This document shows, piece after piece, positions 29,522-39,632 of a stretch of 64,000 nucleotides of DNA. Where the stretch lies: NCBI GenBank assembly GCA_963707915.1, contig OY970178.1, positions 1,824,001-1,888,000 of the forward strand, given 5' to 3'. The stretch's first letter is position 1. Every line of letters starts with the position of its first letter. The notes below the pieces were generated by a model. The model saw only the letters and a list, made by a program, of their open reading frames with translations. It was not told the origin of the DNA and searched no databases. A program made the translations under genes and the position numbers. This DNA is from Candidatus Eiseniibacteriota bacterium (lineage in GTDB: Bacteria > Eisenbacteria > RBG-16-71-46).

Positions 29522-30258
29522 GATCGTCGTCCTGGATATCGCGTCTCTGCCTGTGCGCGCTCGCGCTCACCGCGTCGCTGGTCACGCCCCTCCGGGCGCA
29601 GGGGCCGACGCCCGCCCCCGCCCCCCCGGCACCCGGCCGGGGCGTCCGCACCATCATCCTCGTCCGCCACGGCGTCTACGACGAGACCGACGCCCGCGAC
29701 TCGGAGATCGGCAAGGCGCTGATCCCCCTGGGCCGCGAGCAGGCCCGGCTCACGGGCAAGCGGCTGGCAGGCTGGCCCGCGCACATCGACGCGCTGCACG
29801 CCAGCACCATGACGCGGGCCCGCGAGACCGCGGAGATCATCGCGCGCGCGCTGCCGGGGACGACGCCCGTGCCCGACCGGGACCTGCGCGAGTGCGAGCC
29901 GCCGGGGAACAGCGGGCGCACCATGGCCGGGATCGAACCGGGCGACGCCGACTCGTGCGCGGCGCGGCTGGACGCCGATCTCGCCCGCTACTTCCGGCCG
30001 TCGCCCGGGCGCGACAGCACGGAGGTGCTGGTCTGCCACGGGAACGTGATCCGCTGGCTCACCTGCCGGGCGCTGGGCGCCGATCCGAAGCTCTGGCTCG
30101 GGATGAGCCTCGCCAACTGCAGCCTCACGGTGATCCAGGTGCGGCCGAACGGCACCTTCAAGATCACCGGCGTCGGCGACCGCGGCCATCTGCCGGTCGC
30201 GCTCCAGACCTGGTCCATGCCGAGGCCCGCGGCCGCGGACTCGACGCCGCGGCGGTAG
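29518..30258 (+). CDS. Histidine phosphatase family protein, PGAM5-like, with signal peptide
   Basis: LVRHG, LGREQA, STMTRARETA, LVCHGNVIR; GTGA overlap with upstream gene; hydrophobic N-terminus ending LRA-QG. Confidence 0.85.
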   Translation: MRSSSWISRLCLCALALTASLVTPLRAQGPTPAPAPPAPGRGVRTIILVRHGVYDETDARDSEIGKALIPLGREQARLTGKRLAGWPAHIDALHASTMTRARETAEIIARALPGTTPVPDRDLRECEPPGNSGRTMAGIEPGDADSCAARLDADLARYFRPSPGRDSTEVLVCHGNVIRWLTCRALGADPKLWLGMSLANCSLTVIQVRPNGTFKITGVGDRGHLPVALQTWSMPRPAAADSTPRR

Positions 30259-30673
30259 TCCGGCCGCGAGCGGGGCCCGGCGCGCGCACCGCCCGCGCGC
30301 CGGGCCGCCACCCGAACCGCGCGAGGTCGATCCGACCGCGCGCGTCGAAGCGCACACCCTCGCGCTCGAGCCGCAGGCGCTGGGTCACGTCGGCCCCGCC
30401 GCCGGGCGGCAGGCTGATCGCGCCGCGCGCGTTGACGACCCGGTGCCACGGCGCGAGGCCCTCCCCGGGCAGGGCGTGGAGCGCGTAGCCGACCTGGCGC
30501 GCCTGGCCGGAGAGGCCCGCGAGCGCGGCGACCTGGCCGTAGGTGGCCACGCGACCGCGCGGGATGCGGCGCACCACCGCCCAGACGCGCTCCCAGCGAC
30601 CCGGGGCCTCCCCCGCGCGCCGTCCGCGCCGCTTCACCGCCCGCCGCGCGATCATGCCCAGTCCCGGCCGCAT
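30164..30673 (-). CDS. Alkyltransferase-like (ATL/YbaZ, MGMT-family) DNA-damage-binding protein
   Basis: IPRGRVATYGQVA, ARQVG, PWHRVVN (Trp in place of the catalytic Cys); TGATG overlap with hypE stop. Confidence 0.85.
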   Translation of the reverse strand: MRPGLGMIARRAVKRRGRRAGEAPGRWERVWAVVRRIPRGRVATYGQVAALAGLSGQARQVGYALHALPGEGLAPWHRVVNARGAISLPPGGGADVTQRLRLEREGVRFDARGRIDLARFGWRPGARAVRAPGPARGRTTAAASSPRPRASAWTRSGARPADGRGRRRR

Positions 30674-31746
30674 CAGCAGATGCGCGGCAGTTGCTCCCCG
30701 CTCAGCATGTCCACGATGCGCTCGCCACCGACGCGGCTGCGCATCGTGACGCGGCCGGGATGGTCGGCAACCACCTCGCCGATCAGGGCGGCCTCGCGGC
30801 CGAGCGGGTGCGCGCGCAGCAGCGCGAGCGCCTCGGGCGCGGCCTCCGGCGCGACGATCGCCAGGAACTTGCCCTCGTTCGCCACGTAGAGCGGGTCCAG
30901 CCCGAGGATCTCGCAGGCGCCGCGCACCTGCTCGGCCAGCGGGATCGCGCGCTCCTCGAGCCGCAGCCCCACCCCGGCGGACGCGGCGATCTCGTTGGTG
31001 GCACTCGCCACCCCGCCGCGGGTGGGATCGCGCAGCACGTGGACGCGCCCGCCGAGCGCGGCGAGCAGCGGACCGACCAGCCCGTTCAGCGCGGCCGAGT
31101 CGCTCTCGATGGCGGTCTCGAACGCGAGACCCTCGCGCACCGACAGGATGGCGATGCCATGGTCGGCGATGCGCCCGCTCAGCAGCACGCGGTCCCCGGG
31201 CCGCGCGCGTGACGGGGCGACGTCCACCCCCTCGGGCACCGTGCCGATGCCGGTGGTGTTGATGAACACGCCGTCGCCCTTGCCGCGGTCCACGACCTTG
31301 GTGTCGCCGGTCACGATGTTCACGCCCGCGTCCCGCGCCGCCTGCGCCATCGAGCGCACGATGCGCCACAGGTCGTCCATCGGCAGGCCCTCCTCGAGCA
31401 CGAAGCCCGCGGTCAGCGCCAGGGGCTGCGCCCCGCACATGGCGAGGTCGTTCACCGTGCCGTGCACCGCGAGCGAGCCGATGTCGCCGCCGGGGAAGAA
31501 CAGCGGGCTCACGACGTACGAGTCGGTGCTGATCGCGAGGCGGCCGGCGGGCACCTCGAGCACGGCGCCGTCGTGCAGCGGCTCCAGCGCCGGGTTCCGG
31601 AAGGCCGCCAGGAACATGCGCTCGATCAGCGCGTGGGTGAGCCGCCCGCCGCCGCCGTGGGCGAGTGTGACCTGCGGGTATTCGCTCCGCGGGATCGGGC
31701 ACTGCAGGGCCAGGGGATCGGCGGGCGGGCGCTCGGCGTCGCTCAC
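30673..31746 (-). CDS. hypE: Hydrogenase maturation protein HypE
   Basis: [44 protein letters not shown]-terminal PRIC. Confidence 0.97.
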   Translation of the reverse strand: MSDAERPPADPLALQCPIPRSEYPQVTLAHGGGGRLTHALIERMFLAAFRNPALEPLHDGAVLEVPAGRLAISTDSYVVSPLFFPGGDIGSLAVHGTVNDLAMCGAQPLALTAGFVLEEGLPMDDLWRIVRSMAQAARDAGVNIVTGDTKVVDRGKGDGVFINTTGIGTVPEGVDVAPSRARPGDRVLLSGRIADHGIAILSVREGLAFETAIESDSAALNGLVGPLLAALGGRVHVLRDPTRGGVASATNEIAASAGVGLRLEERAIPLAEQVRGACEILGLDPLYVANEGKFLAIVAPEAAPEALALLRAHPLGREAALIGEVVADHPGRVTMRSRVGGERIVDMLSGEQLPRIC

Positions 31747-32831
31747 GGCTTCCTCGCATACTGGTGGTAGGCCGCGCAGGCGCCCTCGGACGAGACCATG
31801 GGCGCGCCGAGCGGGTGCTCCGGCGTGCAGAGCGTGCCGAAGGCGGGGCACTCGTGCGGCCGCGCGAGCCCCTGCATGATCCGGCCCGCGATGCACAGCG
31901 GCGACTCTTGGGCGGTGATGGCGCCGACGTCGAAGCGCTGCGCGGCGTCGAAGCCGGCGTAGGCGGCGCGCAGCGCCAGGCCGCTCCCGGGGATGACGCC
32001 GATGCCCCGCCAGGCGCGGTCGCAGACCTCGAAGACCTCCTTCATCAGCGCCTGCGCCGGCCGGTTGCCCTCGCGCGTGACGGCGCGTGCGTACTGGTTC
32101 TCCACGCCCGCGCGGCCCTCCTCGAGCGCCCGCACCGCGAGGTAGACGCCCTGCAGCAGGTCGACCGGTTCGAAGCCGGTCACCACGATCGGCACCCGGT
32201 GGCGCGCGGCGATCGGCTCGTACTCGCGGGTGCCCATCACGGCGCAGACGTGCCCGGCGGCGAGGAAGCCCTGCACGCGGTTCGCCGGCGAGCCGAGGAT
32301 GGCCTCCATCGCCGGCGGCACCAGCACGTGCGAACTGAGGATCGAGAAGTTCGCCAGGCCGAGCTTCGCCGCCTGCCAGACGGCCATGGCGTTGGCGGGC
32401 GCGGTGGTCTCGAAGCCCACGGCGAAGAACACCACCTGGCGGTCGGGGTGCCGCTGCGCGAGCTTCACCGCGTCGAGCGGCGAGTAGACCATGCGCACGT
32501 CGCCGCCGCGGGCCTTCACGCCCAGCAGGTCGCTGGTGCTGCCCGGCACGCGCAGCATGTCGCCGAACGACGTGAAGACGACCCCGGGGCGCCCGGCGAT
32601 GGCGAGCGCGCGGTCGATCAGCTCGAGCGGGGTCACGCACACCGGGCAGCCGGGCCCGTGCACCAGCGTCAGGGACCCCGGCAGCAGGCGGTCCACGCCC
32701 GACTTGACGAAGGTGTGGGTCTGCCCGCCGCAGATCTCCATCAGCGTCCACGGCCTCGTCACCGTGCGGCCGATCAGCGCGGCGTACCGGCCCGCGGCGT
32801 CCGCGTCGCGGTACTCGTCGACGAACCGCAT
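31743..32831 (-). CDS. hypD: Hydrogenase maturation protein HypD
   Basis: [34 protein letters not shown]. Confidence 0.97.
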   Translation of the reverse strand: MRFVDEYRDADAAGRYAALIGRTVTRPWTLMEICGGQTHTFVKSGVDRLLPGSLTLVHGPGCPVCVTPLELIDRALAIAGRPGVVFTSFGDMLRVPGSTSDLLGVKARGGDVRMVYSPLDAVKLAQRHPDRQVVFFAVGFETTAPANAMAVWQAAKLGLANFSILSSHVLVPPAMEAILGSPANRVQGFLAAGHVCAVMGTREYEPIAARHRVPIVVTGFEPVDLLQGVYLAVRALEEGRAGVENQYARAVTREGNRPAQALMKEVFEVCDRAWRGIGVIPGSGLALRAAYAGFDAAQRFDVGAITAQESPLCIAGRIMQGLARPHECPAFGTLCTPEHPLGAPMVSSEGACAAYHQYARKP

Positions 32832-32833
32832 GC

Positions 32834-33172
32834 TCAGCCCCGGCCGGGCGGCCGGGGCGTCCCGTCCGGCCGCCCGTCCGTGGCCGCCGGGCCCGGGTCG
32901 ACCTCGGCGCCGGGTGCGCCGTCGCCCGCTTCCGCCGGGTCCGCCAGCTCACCCATCTGGCGCAGCAACTCGAAGGTCTCCTCGGCCTCGCGCTCGTCCA
33001 CGATGCTGATGGCGAAGCCCGCGTGCACGATCACGTAGTCGCCGGGCTTCGCCTCCGGCACGTAGGCGAGGCAGATCTCCTTGTTCACGCCGCCGAAGCT
33101 CACGTTCCCCATGGCCATGCCCAGGGCGTTCCCTTCGACCGTGAGCACCTTGCCCGGCACGCCGAGACACAC
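32834..33172 (-). CDS. hypC: Hydrogenase chaperone HypC
   Basis: GTG start gives [20 protein letters not shown]. Confidence 0.93.
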   Translation of the reverse strand: MCLGVPGKVLTVEGNALGMAMGNVSFGGVNKEICLAYVPEAKPGDYVIVHAGFAISIVDEREAEETFELLRQMGELADPAEAGDGAPGAEVDPGPAATDGRPDGTPRPPGRG

Positions 33173-33174
33173 GT

Positions 33175-35520
33175 TCAGTCTCCTCCCTCGATCTCCAACT
33201 GCGCCGCGGCCACCACGGCCTGTCCCAGGCTCACGCCGCCGTCGTTCGGCGGCACGAGCGCGTGCAGCAGCACGGAGTGGCCCGCCCGCCCGAGCGCCGC
33301 GGCGAGCCGCTCGGTCAGCAGCCGGTTCTGGAAACACCCGCCCGAGAGCGCCACGCGCTGCTCGCCCACCGCCGCCGCGACCCCCACCGCCGCACGCACC
33401 AGGCCGTTGTGGAAGCGTGCCGCGATGGCGCCCCTCGGCACGCCGCGCCGCAGGTCCTCGAGCACGGCCTCCAGCATCGGCCTCCAGTCCAGCACGATGG
33501 GAGGACGCACCCCCGGGGAGGGCGCGCCGGGCGACGAGTCTACAGGATACGCGCCACGCTCCGCCGGGTCGGCCAGCCACTCGAGCGCCATGGCCGCCTC
33601 GCCCTCGAAAGTGGCCTTCGGATGCAGGCCCACGAGGGCCGCGACCCCGTCGAAGAGCCGGCCCATGCTGGTGGTGACCGGACAGTTGAGTCCGCGGTCC
33701 ATCATCCGGCCGATGACCTTGAGTTCGCCACCATCGAACATACCCGTGATTCCCGGACCGTGCTCGTCCAGCGCCACCCCCCCTCGGGCCTCCCACAGCA
33801 GGCCCAGGGCGGCCCTGCGCGGTTCCCTGACCGCCGCCTCGCCTCCGGGCAGCCGGAAGGGCCCCAGGTGGGCCACGCGCTCGAATCCGAAGGCATCGCC
33901 CAGCAGGAACTCCCCGCCCCAGACCGTCCCGTCGGTCCCGTAGCCGGTACCGTCCCAGGTCACCCCCAGGGCGCGGCCCTCGACACCGTTCTCGGCCAGG
34001 CACGAGGCGAGGTGGGCATGGTGGTGCTGGACCCCGATCCGGCGGGGCGCACCGGCGCCGGCGTCGGCCGCGCTCGACCGGGCCCAGCGGGTCGAGAGGT
34101 AGTCGGGATGCAGGTCGTGCGCGATGGCCACCGGCCGCACGTCGTAGAGCCGCTGGAAGTCGGCGATCACGCGCTCGAAGGCGCCCATGGCCTCCCCGGT
34201 CTCGAGGTCCCCGATGTGCTGGCTCAGGAACACCTGCCGGCCCACGGCCAGCGCCACAGTGTTCTTCAGGTGCGCCCCCACGGCGAGGATGACCGGCGAT
34301 TCGCGCCTCACCGTCACCGGCAGGGGGGCGAAACCGCGCGCCCGGCGCAGCAGCCGCATCCTCCCCGCCGCGATCCAGGCCACGCTGTCGTCCACGTGCC
34401 GCTCGATGGCGCGGTCGTGCACCAGGAACAGGTCGGCGATCGCGCCGAGCCTGCCCAGGGCCCGGTACTCGTTGGTGCAGATCGGCTCGTCGCTGAGGTT
34501 GCCGCTGGTGGCCACCACCGGGAAGCCGCAGGCGCGCAGCAGCAGGTGGTGGAGCGGCGTCGCCGGCAGCATCACGCCGAGGCACGGGTTGCCGGGCGCC
34601 ACCTCGTCGGCGACCGGCGCCGACGCCCGGCGCGGCAGCAGCAGGATGGGCGCCTCGACCGAGGCGAGGTGCCCGGCCGCGAGCTCCGAGACCTCGCACA
34701 GTTCGCGGGCCTGCTCGAGGTCGCGCACCATGAGGGCGAGCGGCTTGCCGAGACGCAGTTTCCGCTCGCGCAACCGCGCCACGGCGGTGCCGTCGCGCGC
34801 GTCGCACATGAGGTGGAACCCGCCCAGTCCCTTGACCGCCACGATGCGCCCCCGGGCCAGGGCCCGCGCGGCGGCGGCGATCGCCGTCTCGCGGCACGCG
34901 AGCGTGCGGCCGTCGCCGTCCCACAGCGCCAGGGCCGGGCCGCACGACGGGCAGGCGATGGGCTGCGCGTGGAAGCGGCGATCGCGCGGTTCCTGGTACT
35001 CGGCCCGGCACGCCGGGCAGAGGATGAAGCCGAGCATCGTGGTGTTGGGCCGGTCGTAGGGCAGTTCGCGCAGGATGGTGAAGCGCGGGCCGCAGTTCGT
35101 GCAGTTGGTGAACGCGTAGCCGTGGCGCCGTTCGGCCGGGTCGAGCACCTCGGCCAGGCAGTCCGGGCAGGTCGCCAGGTCCGGCAGCACGAGCGCGGTC
35201 TTCGCGCCGGTCTCGCTGCTGTGGCGGATCTCGAAGGCCGTGAACCCCGCCGGCGGCAGCCACGTCGCCTCGACCCCCTGCACCAGGGCGCGCGGCGGGC
35301 GCTCCGCGACGATCCGTTCGCGGAAGCGCTCCAGGGCCGCGCGTGGGCCGTCGACCTCGATGAAGACGCCGCGGGCGTCGTTCAGGACCCAGCCCGGCAG
35401 GGCCATCTCCCCGGCGAGGCGGAAGACGAAGGGACGGAACCCCACGCCCTGGACGGCCCCCCGGACCTCGAGCCGCAGGCGCTGTGGCGAAACCGGGTGC
35501 TGCTCGGGCGTGGCCTCCAC
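33175..35520 (-). CDS. hypF: Carbamoyltransferase HypF (start uncertain)
   Basis: GAVQGVGFRP, CPDC/CTNC/CPAC/CPSC zinc fingers, KGLGGFHL, TSGN, QHHHAH, DGTGYG, SGGCFQN. Confidence 0.96.
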   Translation of the reverse strand: MEATPEQHPVSPQRLRLEVRGAVQGVGFRPFVFRLAGEMALPGWVLNDARGVFIEVDGPRAALERFRERIVAERPPRALVQGVEATWLPPAGFTAFEIRHSSETGAKTALVLPDLATCPDCLAEVLDPAERRHGYAFTNCTNCGPRFTILRELPYDRPNTTMLGFILCPACRAEYQEPRDRRFHAQPIACPSCGPALALWDGDGRTLACRETAIAAAARALARGRIVAVKGLGGFHLMCDARDGTAVARLRERKLRLGKPLALMVRDLEQARELCEVSELAAGHLASVEAPILLLPRRASAPVADEVAPGNPCLGVMLPATPLHHLLLRACGFPVVATSGNLSDEPICTNEYRALGRLGAIADLFLVHDRAIERHVDDSVAWIAAGRMRLLRRARGFAPLPVTVRRESPVILAVGAHLKNTVALAVGRQVFLSQHIGDLETGEAMGAFERVIADFQRLYDVRPVAIAHDLHPDYLSTRWARSSAADAGAGAPRRIGVQHHHAHLASCLAENGVEGRALGVTWDGTGYGTDGTVWGGEFLLGDAFGFERVAHLGPFRLPGGEAAVREPRRAALGLLWEARGGVALDEHGPGITGMFDGGELKVIGRMMDRGLNCPVTTSMGRLFDGVAALVGLHPKATFEGEAAMALEWLADPAERGAYPVDSSPGAPSPGVRPPIVLDWRPMLEAVLEDLRRGVPRGAIAARFHNGLVRAAVGVAAAVGEQRVALSGGCFQNRLLTERLAAALGRAGHSVLLHALVPPNDGGVSLGQAVVAAAQLEIEGGD

Positions 35521-35809
35521 CTCCTCTCGCGGGACCGCCCGGCGGACCGGGCGCGCATCCCCCGGACAGTAGACCACAGGGGCCGGGGGACACGCGAAAG
35601 TCCGTGCCAGGCGGGCACTGCCGCGAAGCGGCCGGGAGCCGGGCACGGGCCGGCGGCGGCGGGCTCTGCCGCCCGCTTGTGGGCCGCCGGAGCAGACGGT
35701 ACGTTTCCGGCGTCTTCGACCGCCGGTCACCGGCCGGCACGACATCCGAGACCCAGGGAACGATGGTCCGCCCGAACCCGGCCGGGCCCGCTCCACGACA
35801 GGAAGGCCC

Positions 35810-36967
35810 ATGCGCTACGGCATCTTCACCGGCGGCGGCGACGTCCCCGGGCTCAACTCCACGATCAAGGCAGCGGTCTACCGGGCGGCCGACGAGGGAC
35901 ACGAGGTCGTCGGCCTGCGGCGCGGCTGGGCGGGCCTGCTGAACCTGAACCCCGCCGATCCGCGGACCCAGGAGCAACTCGTCGTCCCGCTCAACCGGGC
36001 CAACACGCGCACCATCGACCGGAGCGGCGGCACGTTCCTGCACACTTCGCGCACCCACCCCGGCCGCGTGAGCCCCAAGGGCCTGCCCGACTTCCTCCGC
36101 GGCGACTACACCACGCCCGGCCCCGACGGCCTCTTCGACTGCACCCCCCACGTCCTGAAGGTGATCGAGCACCTCGGCCTCGACGGCCTGATCGCCATCG
36201 GCGGGGACGACACCCTCTCCTACGCCGTGCGGCTGCACCGCGAGGGCGTGCCCATCGTCTGCGTGCCCAAGACCATGGACAACGACGTCCACGGCACCGA
36301 CTACTGCATCGGGTTCTCGACCGCCGTCACGCGCAGCGTCGAGTTCATCCACTCGCTGCGCACCGCCGCCGGCTCGCACGAGCGCATCGCGGTGATCGAG
36401 CTGTTCGGGCGCTACTCGGGCGAGACCTCGCTCATCTCGGCCTACCTGGCCGGCGTGGACCGCGCGATCATCTCCGAGGTGGACTTCGACGTGGACAAGC
36501 TGGTGGAATTCCTGGTGGAGGACCGCCGGAACAACCCCAGCGCCTACGCCATCGTGACGATCTCCGAGGGCGCCAAGCCGATCGGCGGCGAGATGCACCT
36601 GAGCGGCGAGGCCGACGCCTACGGCCACAAGAAGCTCGGCGGCGTCGGGCTCTACCTCTCGGGCGAGATCGAGAAGCGCTCGGGCGTCAGCACGCTCTAC
36701 CAGCAGGTCGCCTACCTGATGCGCAGCGGCGAGCCCGACGCGCTCGACCGCATGGTCTCGACCACCTACGGCTACCTGGCCACCGACCTGCTCCTGAAGA
36801 AGCAGAGCGGACGGATGGTGGCGCTGCGCGACGGCAAGTACACGACCGTCTCGGCCAACGTCATCGCCGAGGGCCGCAAGCGCGTGGACGTGGACGAGCT
36901 CTACGACATCGAGCACTACCGGCCGAAGGTCGCGCACCTGCTCGGCAAGCCGATGTTCCTGTACTAG
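35810..36967 (+). CDS. pfkA: 6-phosphofructokinase (PfkA family, probably PPi-dependent)
   Basis: [36 protein letters not shown]. Confidence 0.92.
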   Translation: MRYGIFTGGGDVPGLNSTIKAAVYRAADEGHEVVGLRRGWAGLLNLNPADPRTQEQLVVPLNRANTRTIDRSGGTFLHTSRTHPGRVSPKGLPDFLRGDYTTPGPDGLFDCTPHVLKVIEHLGLDGLIAIGGDDTLSYAVRLHREGVPIVCVPKTMDNDVHGTDYCIGFSTAVTRSVEFIHSLRTAAGSHERIAVIELFGRYSGETSLISAYLAGVDRAIISEVDFDVDKLVEFLVEDRRNNPSAYAIVTISEGAKPIGGEMHLSGEADAYGHKKLGGVGLYLSGEIEKRSGVSTLYQQVAYLMRSGEPDALDRMVSTTYGYLATDLLLKKQSGRMVALRDGKYTTVSANVIAEGRKRVDVDELYDIEHYRPKVAHLLGKPMFLY

Positions 36968-37070
36968 GCGGGCTCCCCGGGGGCCGCCGCGGGCACGGGC
37001 CGCGCGGCGGCCCGCATCGTGCACGGCGCCCCGCATCCTCCGGCGCGGTCGCCCGGCAAGGAGGCGAATC

Positions 37071-38777
37071 GTGGTCCGCTCCCTGGCGCTCGTCGCCCTG
37101 CTCGCCACCGGCCTCGCGCCGGCGCCGGGGGCACGCGCGGGCCCTGCCGCCGGGACCGGCGCCCCGGTCCTCGAGCGCGGCGTCGTCGCGGCCCCGGAAT
37201 CGGTGGCCTCCGAGGTGGGCGCGGCGGTCCTGCGCGCCGGGGGCAACGCCGTGGACGCGGCGGTCGCGGTCCATTTCGCGCTGGCCGTCACCTACCCGCG
37301 CGCCGGCAACCTGGGCGGCGGCGGGTTCATGCTGGTGCACACGGATTCGGGCGACGTCGCCATCGACTACCGCGAGACCGCGCCGGCCGCCGCCTCGCGC
37401 GACCTGTACCTCGACGCCTCCGGCGAGGTGGTCGCGCGACTGAGCCTCGACACGCACCGCGCGGCCGGTGTGCCCGGCTCGGTCGCCGGGATGTGGCTCG
37501 CCCACGCCCGCTTCGGCTCCCTGCCGTGGGCGCGGCTCCTGGCGCCCGCCATCCGGATCGCCGAACGGGGCTGGCGGATCGACGAACGGACCGCGGCGAC
37601 GTTCGCCGACCAGCGGCGCGATGGTTTCCGTGACTACTTCCACGGGACCGCGGGCGACCTCCTCGTCCAGCCCGAGCTCGCCGCCACGTTGCGCCGCATC
37701 GCGGCCCGCGGCCCCGACGGCTTCTACCGGGGCGAGACCGCCCGGCTCATCGTCGCGGAGATGGCGCGGGGCAACGGTCTCATCACGCTCGCGGACCTGG
37801 CCGCGTACCGGCCCGTGGTGCGCGCCCCCGTCGCCGGCACCTACCGCGGGCTGCGCGTGGTCTCGATGCCACCGCCCTCATCGGGTGGCGTGGCGCTGCT
37901 CGAGATGCTGAACCTGCTCGAGCGCTACGAGCCCGGGCGGCTGATGGCGGACCCGGACGGCACCGTGCACCCCCTCGCGCCCGGCTACGTGCATCTCGTC
38001 GCCGAGATCGAGAAGCGCGTCTTCGCGGACCGCGCCGAGTATCTCGGCGACCCGGACTTCGTCCCGGTGCCGGTCGAGTCGCTGATCTCGAAGGCCTACG
38101 CCGCGCGGCGGGCGACCGGGATCGCGCTCGAGCGCCGCACGGCCCCCGGCGCGGTCCGGCCGGGGCTCGCGGCGCACGAGAGCGAGCAGACCACCCACTT
38201 CTCGATCGTGGACCGGCACGGCAACGCGGTCGCGAACACCACCACGCTCAACGACTCGTACGGCTCGGGCATCGTGGTGCGCGGGGCGGGCTTCCTGCTC
38301 AACAACGAGATGGACGACTTCTCCGCCAGGCCCGGCGCGCCGAATCTCTACGGCGTGACCGGCGGCGAGGCCAACGCCATCGCCCCCGGCAAACGCATGC
38401 TCTCGTCGATGTGCCCCACGTTCGTGTACCGCGGCGACCGCCTCTGGCTGGTGCTCGGCACACCCGGTGGGCCCACGATCTTCACCACGGTCTTCCAGGT
38501 CATCGTGAACCGGGTGGACTTCGGCATGTCGCTGGAAGAGGCCGTCGCCGCCCCGCGCTTCCACCACCAGTGGCCACCGCGCGCGATGGACGCCGACCCC
38601 ATCGACTTCGAGCGCGGCAACGAACCGTACGCGGCGGCGCGGCGCACGCTCGAAGCGCTGGGCTACGTCATCCGGGCGCGGGGCCCGCTGGGCGACGTCC
38701 AGGCCATCGAGATCGCGGACGGCCGCGCCCGCGGCGCGAGCGACCCGCGGGGCACCGGGCGGGTGACCGCCGAATAG
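37071..38777 (+). CDS. ggt: Gamma-glutamyltransferase
   Basis: Signal peptide, GGNAVDAA, IDYRETAP, EQTTHFS catalytic Thr, LNNEMDDF, KRMLSSM, SDPR. Confidence 0.95.
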   Translation: MVRSLALVALLATGLAPAPGARAGPAAGTGAPVLERGVVAAPESVASEVGAAVLRAGGNAVDAAVAVHFALAVTYPRAGNLGGGGFMLVHTDSGDVAIDYRETAPAAASRDLYLDASGEVVARLSLDTHRAAGVPGSVAGMWLAHARFGSLPWARLLAPAIRIAERGWRIDERTAATFADQRRDGFRDYFHGTAGDLLVQPELAATLRRIAARGPDGFYRGETARLIVAEMARGNGLITLADLAAYRPVVRAPVAGTYRGLRVVSMPPPSSGGVALLEMLNLLERYEPGRLMADPDGTVHPLAPGYVHLVAEIEKRVFADRAEYLGDPDFVPVPVESLISKAYAARRATGIALERRTAPGAVRPGLAAHESEQTTHFSIVDRHGNAVANTTTLNDSYGSGIVVRGAGFLLNNEMDDFSARPGAPNLYGVTGGEANAIAPGKRMLSSMCPTFVYRGDRLWLVLGTPGGPTIFTTVFQVIVNRVDFGMSLEEAVAAPRFHHQWPPRAMDADPIDFERGNEPYAAARRTLEALGYVIRARGPLGDVQAIEIADGRARGASDPRGTGRVTAE

Positions 38778-38876
38778 CCGGGTCCCGGGAGCGCGAGGTT
38801 CACCTCGCCGACCCGCGGCGCCATGGCCGGGAGCCCGTCCGCTTCGCCGCCGGTCCACACGGGTGGCAGGACAGGC

Positions 38877-39512
38877 TCACGTTGCCTTCCTCCGGTCGGG
38901 GGCCTCGCGTTCGGTCCCGCGCAGCAGCGATTCCAGGGCCGACCAGACGCTGGTGGTCGTCCTCCGCGCGTCCGCCCGGCTCCCGCCCAGGTGGCCGAAG
39001 GCGAAGACGGCCCCCTGGACGAGCAGGGCCCCCTCGCGGGGTTCCAGGGGGCCCCGCAGCAGACCCCGCTCCCGGGCCTCCACCAGGCACGACTCGATGG
39101 TCTCCCGCGTCCGCCGCTTGAAGCCCCTCATCCGCTTCGCCCGGTCGGGCCCGCAAAGGTGGTCGAGCTGGTCCGAGAACAGCAATCGCGCCAGGTGGGG
39201 ATGCGCCGCGAGCACGGCCACCCTGTCCCGGAAGAAGGCGCCGAGCCGCCCGATGGGGTCCGCCTCGGCCGGCGGGACGACCGCGAAGAGCATCGCCTCC
39301 ATCCGCTCCACGACCGCGTCCGCGATGGCGTCCATGTTGGGGAAGTGCCGGAAGAGGGCACCGTCCGTGACGCCGACCTCGCGCGCCACGGCGAGGGCCG
39401 TGAAGCTCCGCGCACCCCGCCGGGCCATGACCCGCAGCGCCGCGTCGACGATCTCATCCCTGCGGACCGCGGTGGGCTTGCGGCGTCGTGGCGGCGGCGG
39501 GCTCGGTCCCAT
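38877..39512 (-). CDS. TetR/AcrR family transcriptional regulator
   Basis: RRDEIVDAAL...FTALAVAREVGVTDGALFRHF HTH. Confidence 0.9.
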   Translation of the reverse strand: MGPSPPPPRRRKPTAVRRDEIVDAALRVMARRGARSFTALAVAREVGVTDGALFRHFPNMDAIADAVVERMEAMLFAVVPPAEADPIGRLGAFFRDRVAVLAAHPHLARLLFSDQLDHLCGPDRAKRMRGFKRRTRETIESCLVEARERGLLRGPLEPREGALLVQGAVFAFGHLGGSRADARRTTTSVWSALESLLRGTEREAPDRRKAT

Positions 39513-39519
39513 GCCGCCC

Positions 39520-39566
39520 ACCCTACACAAGTAAGTGTTTACTTACAATCGCGCGCGTGGTATCCC
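39520..39566. promoter_or_regulatory. Overlapping divergent promoters with palindromic operator GTAAGT-N4-ACTTAC (39531-39546)
   Basis: Minus strand TTGTAA-N17-TAGGGT; plus strand TTTACT-N17-TATCCC; AT-rich patch in a GC-rich context. Confidence 0.65.
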
Positions 39567-39632
39567 TTCCGGACGCCGGCGGTGCGCTGGCCCCGGCACG
39601 CTCGGCCCGCACCCAACCCACAGGAGCCCCCG

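Noticed and set aside
35382..35570. TACTGT-N7-ATG (35558) opening an out-of-frame ORF over the hypF start
   Set aside because: The peptide has no recognisable features; a single instance cannot be told from chance or an uncertain hypF start
32834..37443. 1485-aa (minus) and 1393-aa (plus) ORFs
   Set aside because: Shadow frames over hypF and pfkA; only the last 112 codons of the minus ORF (hypC) look real
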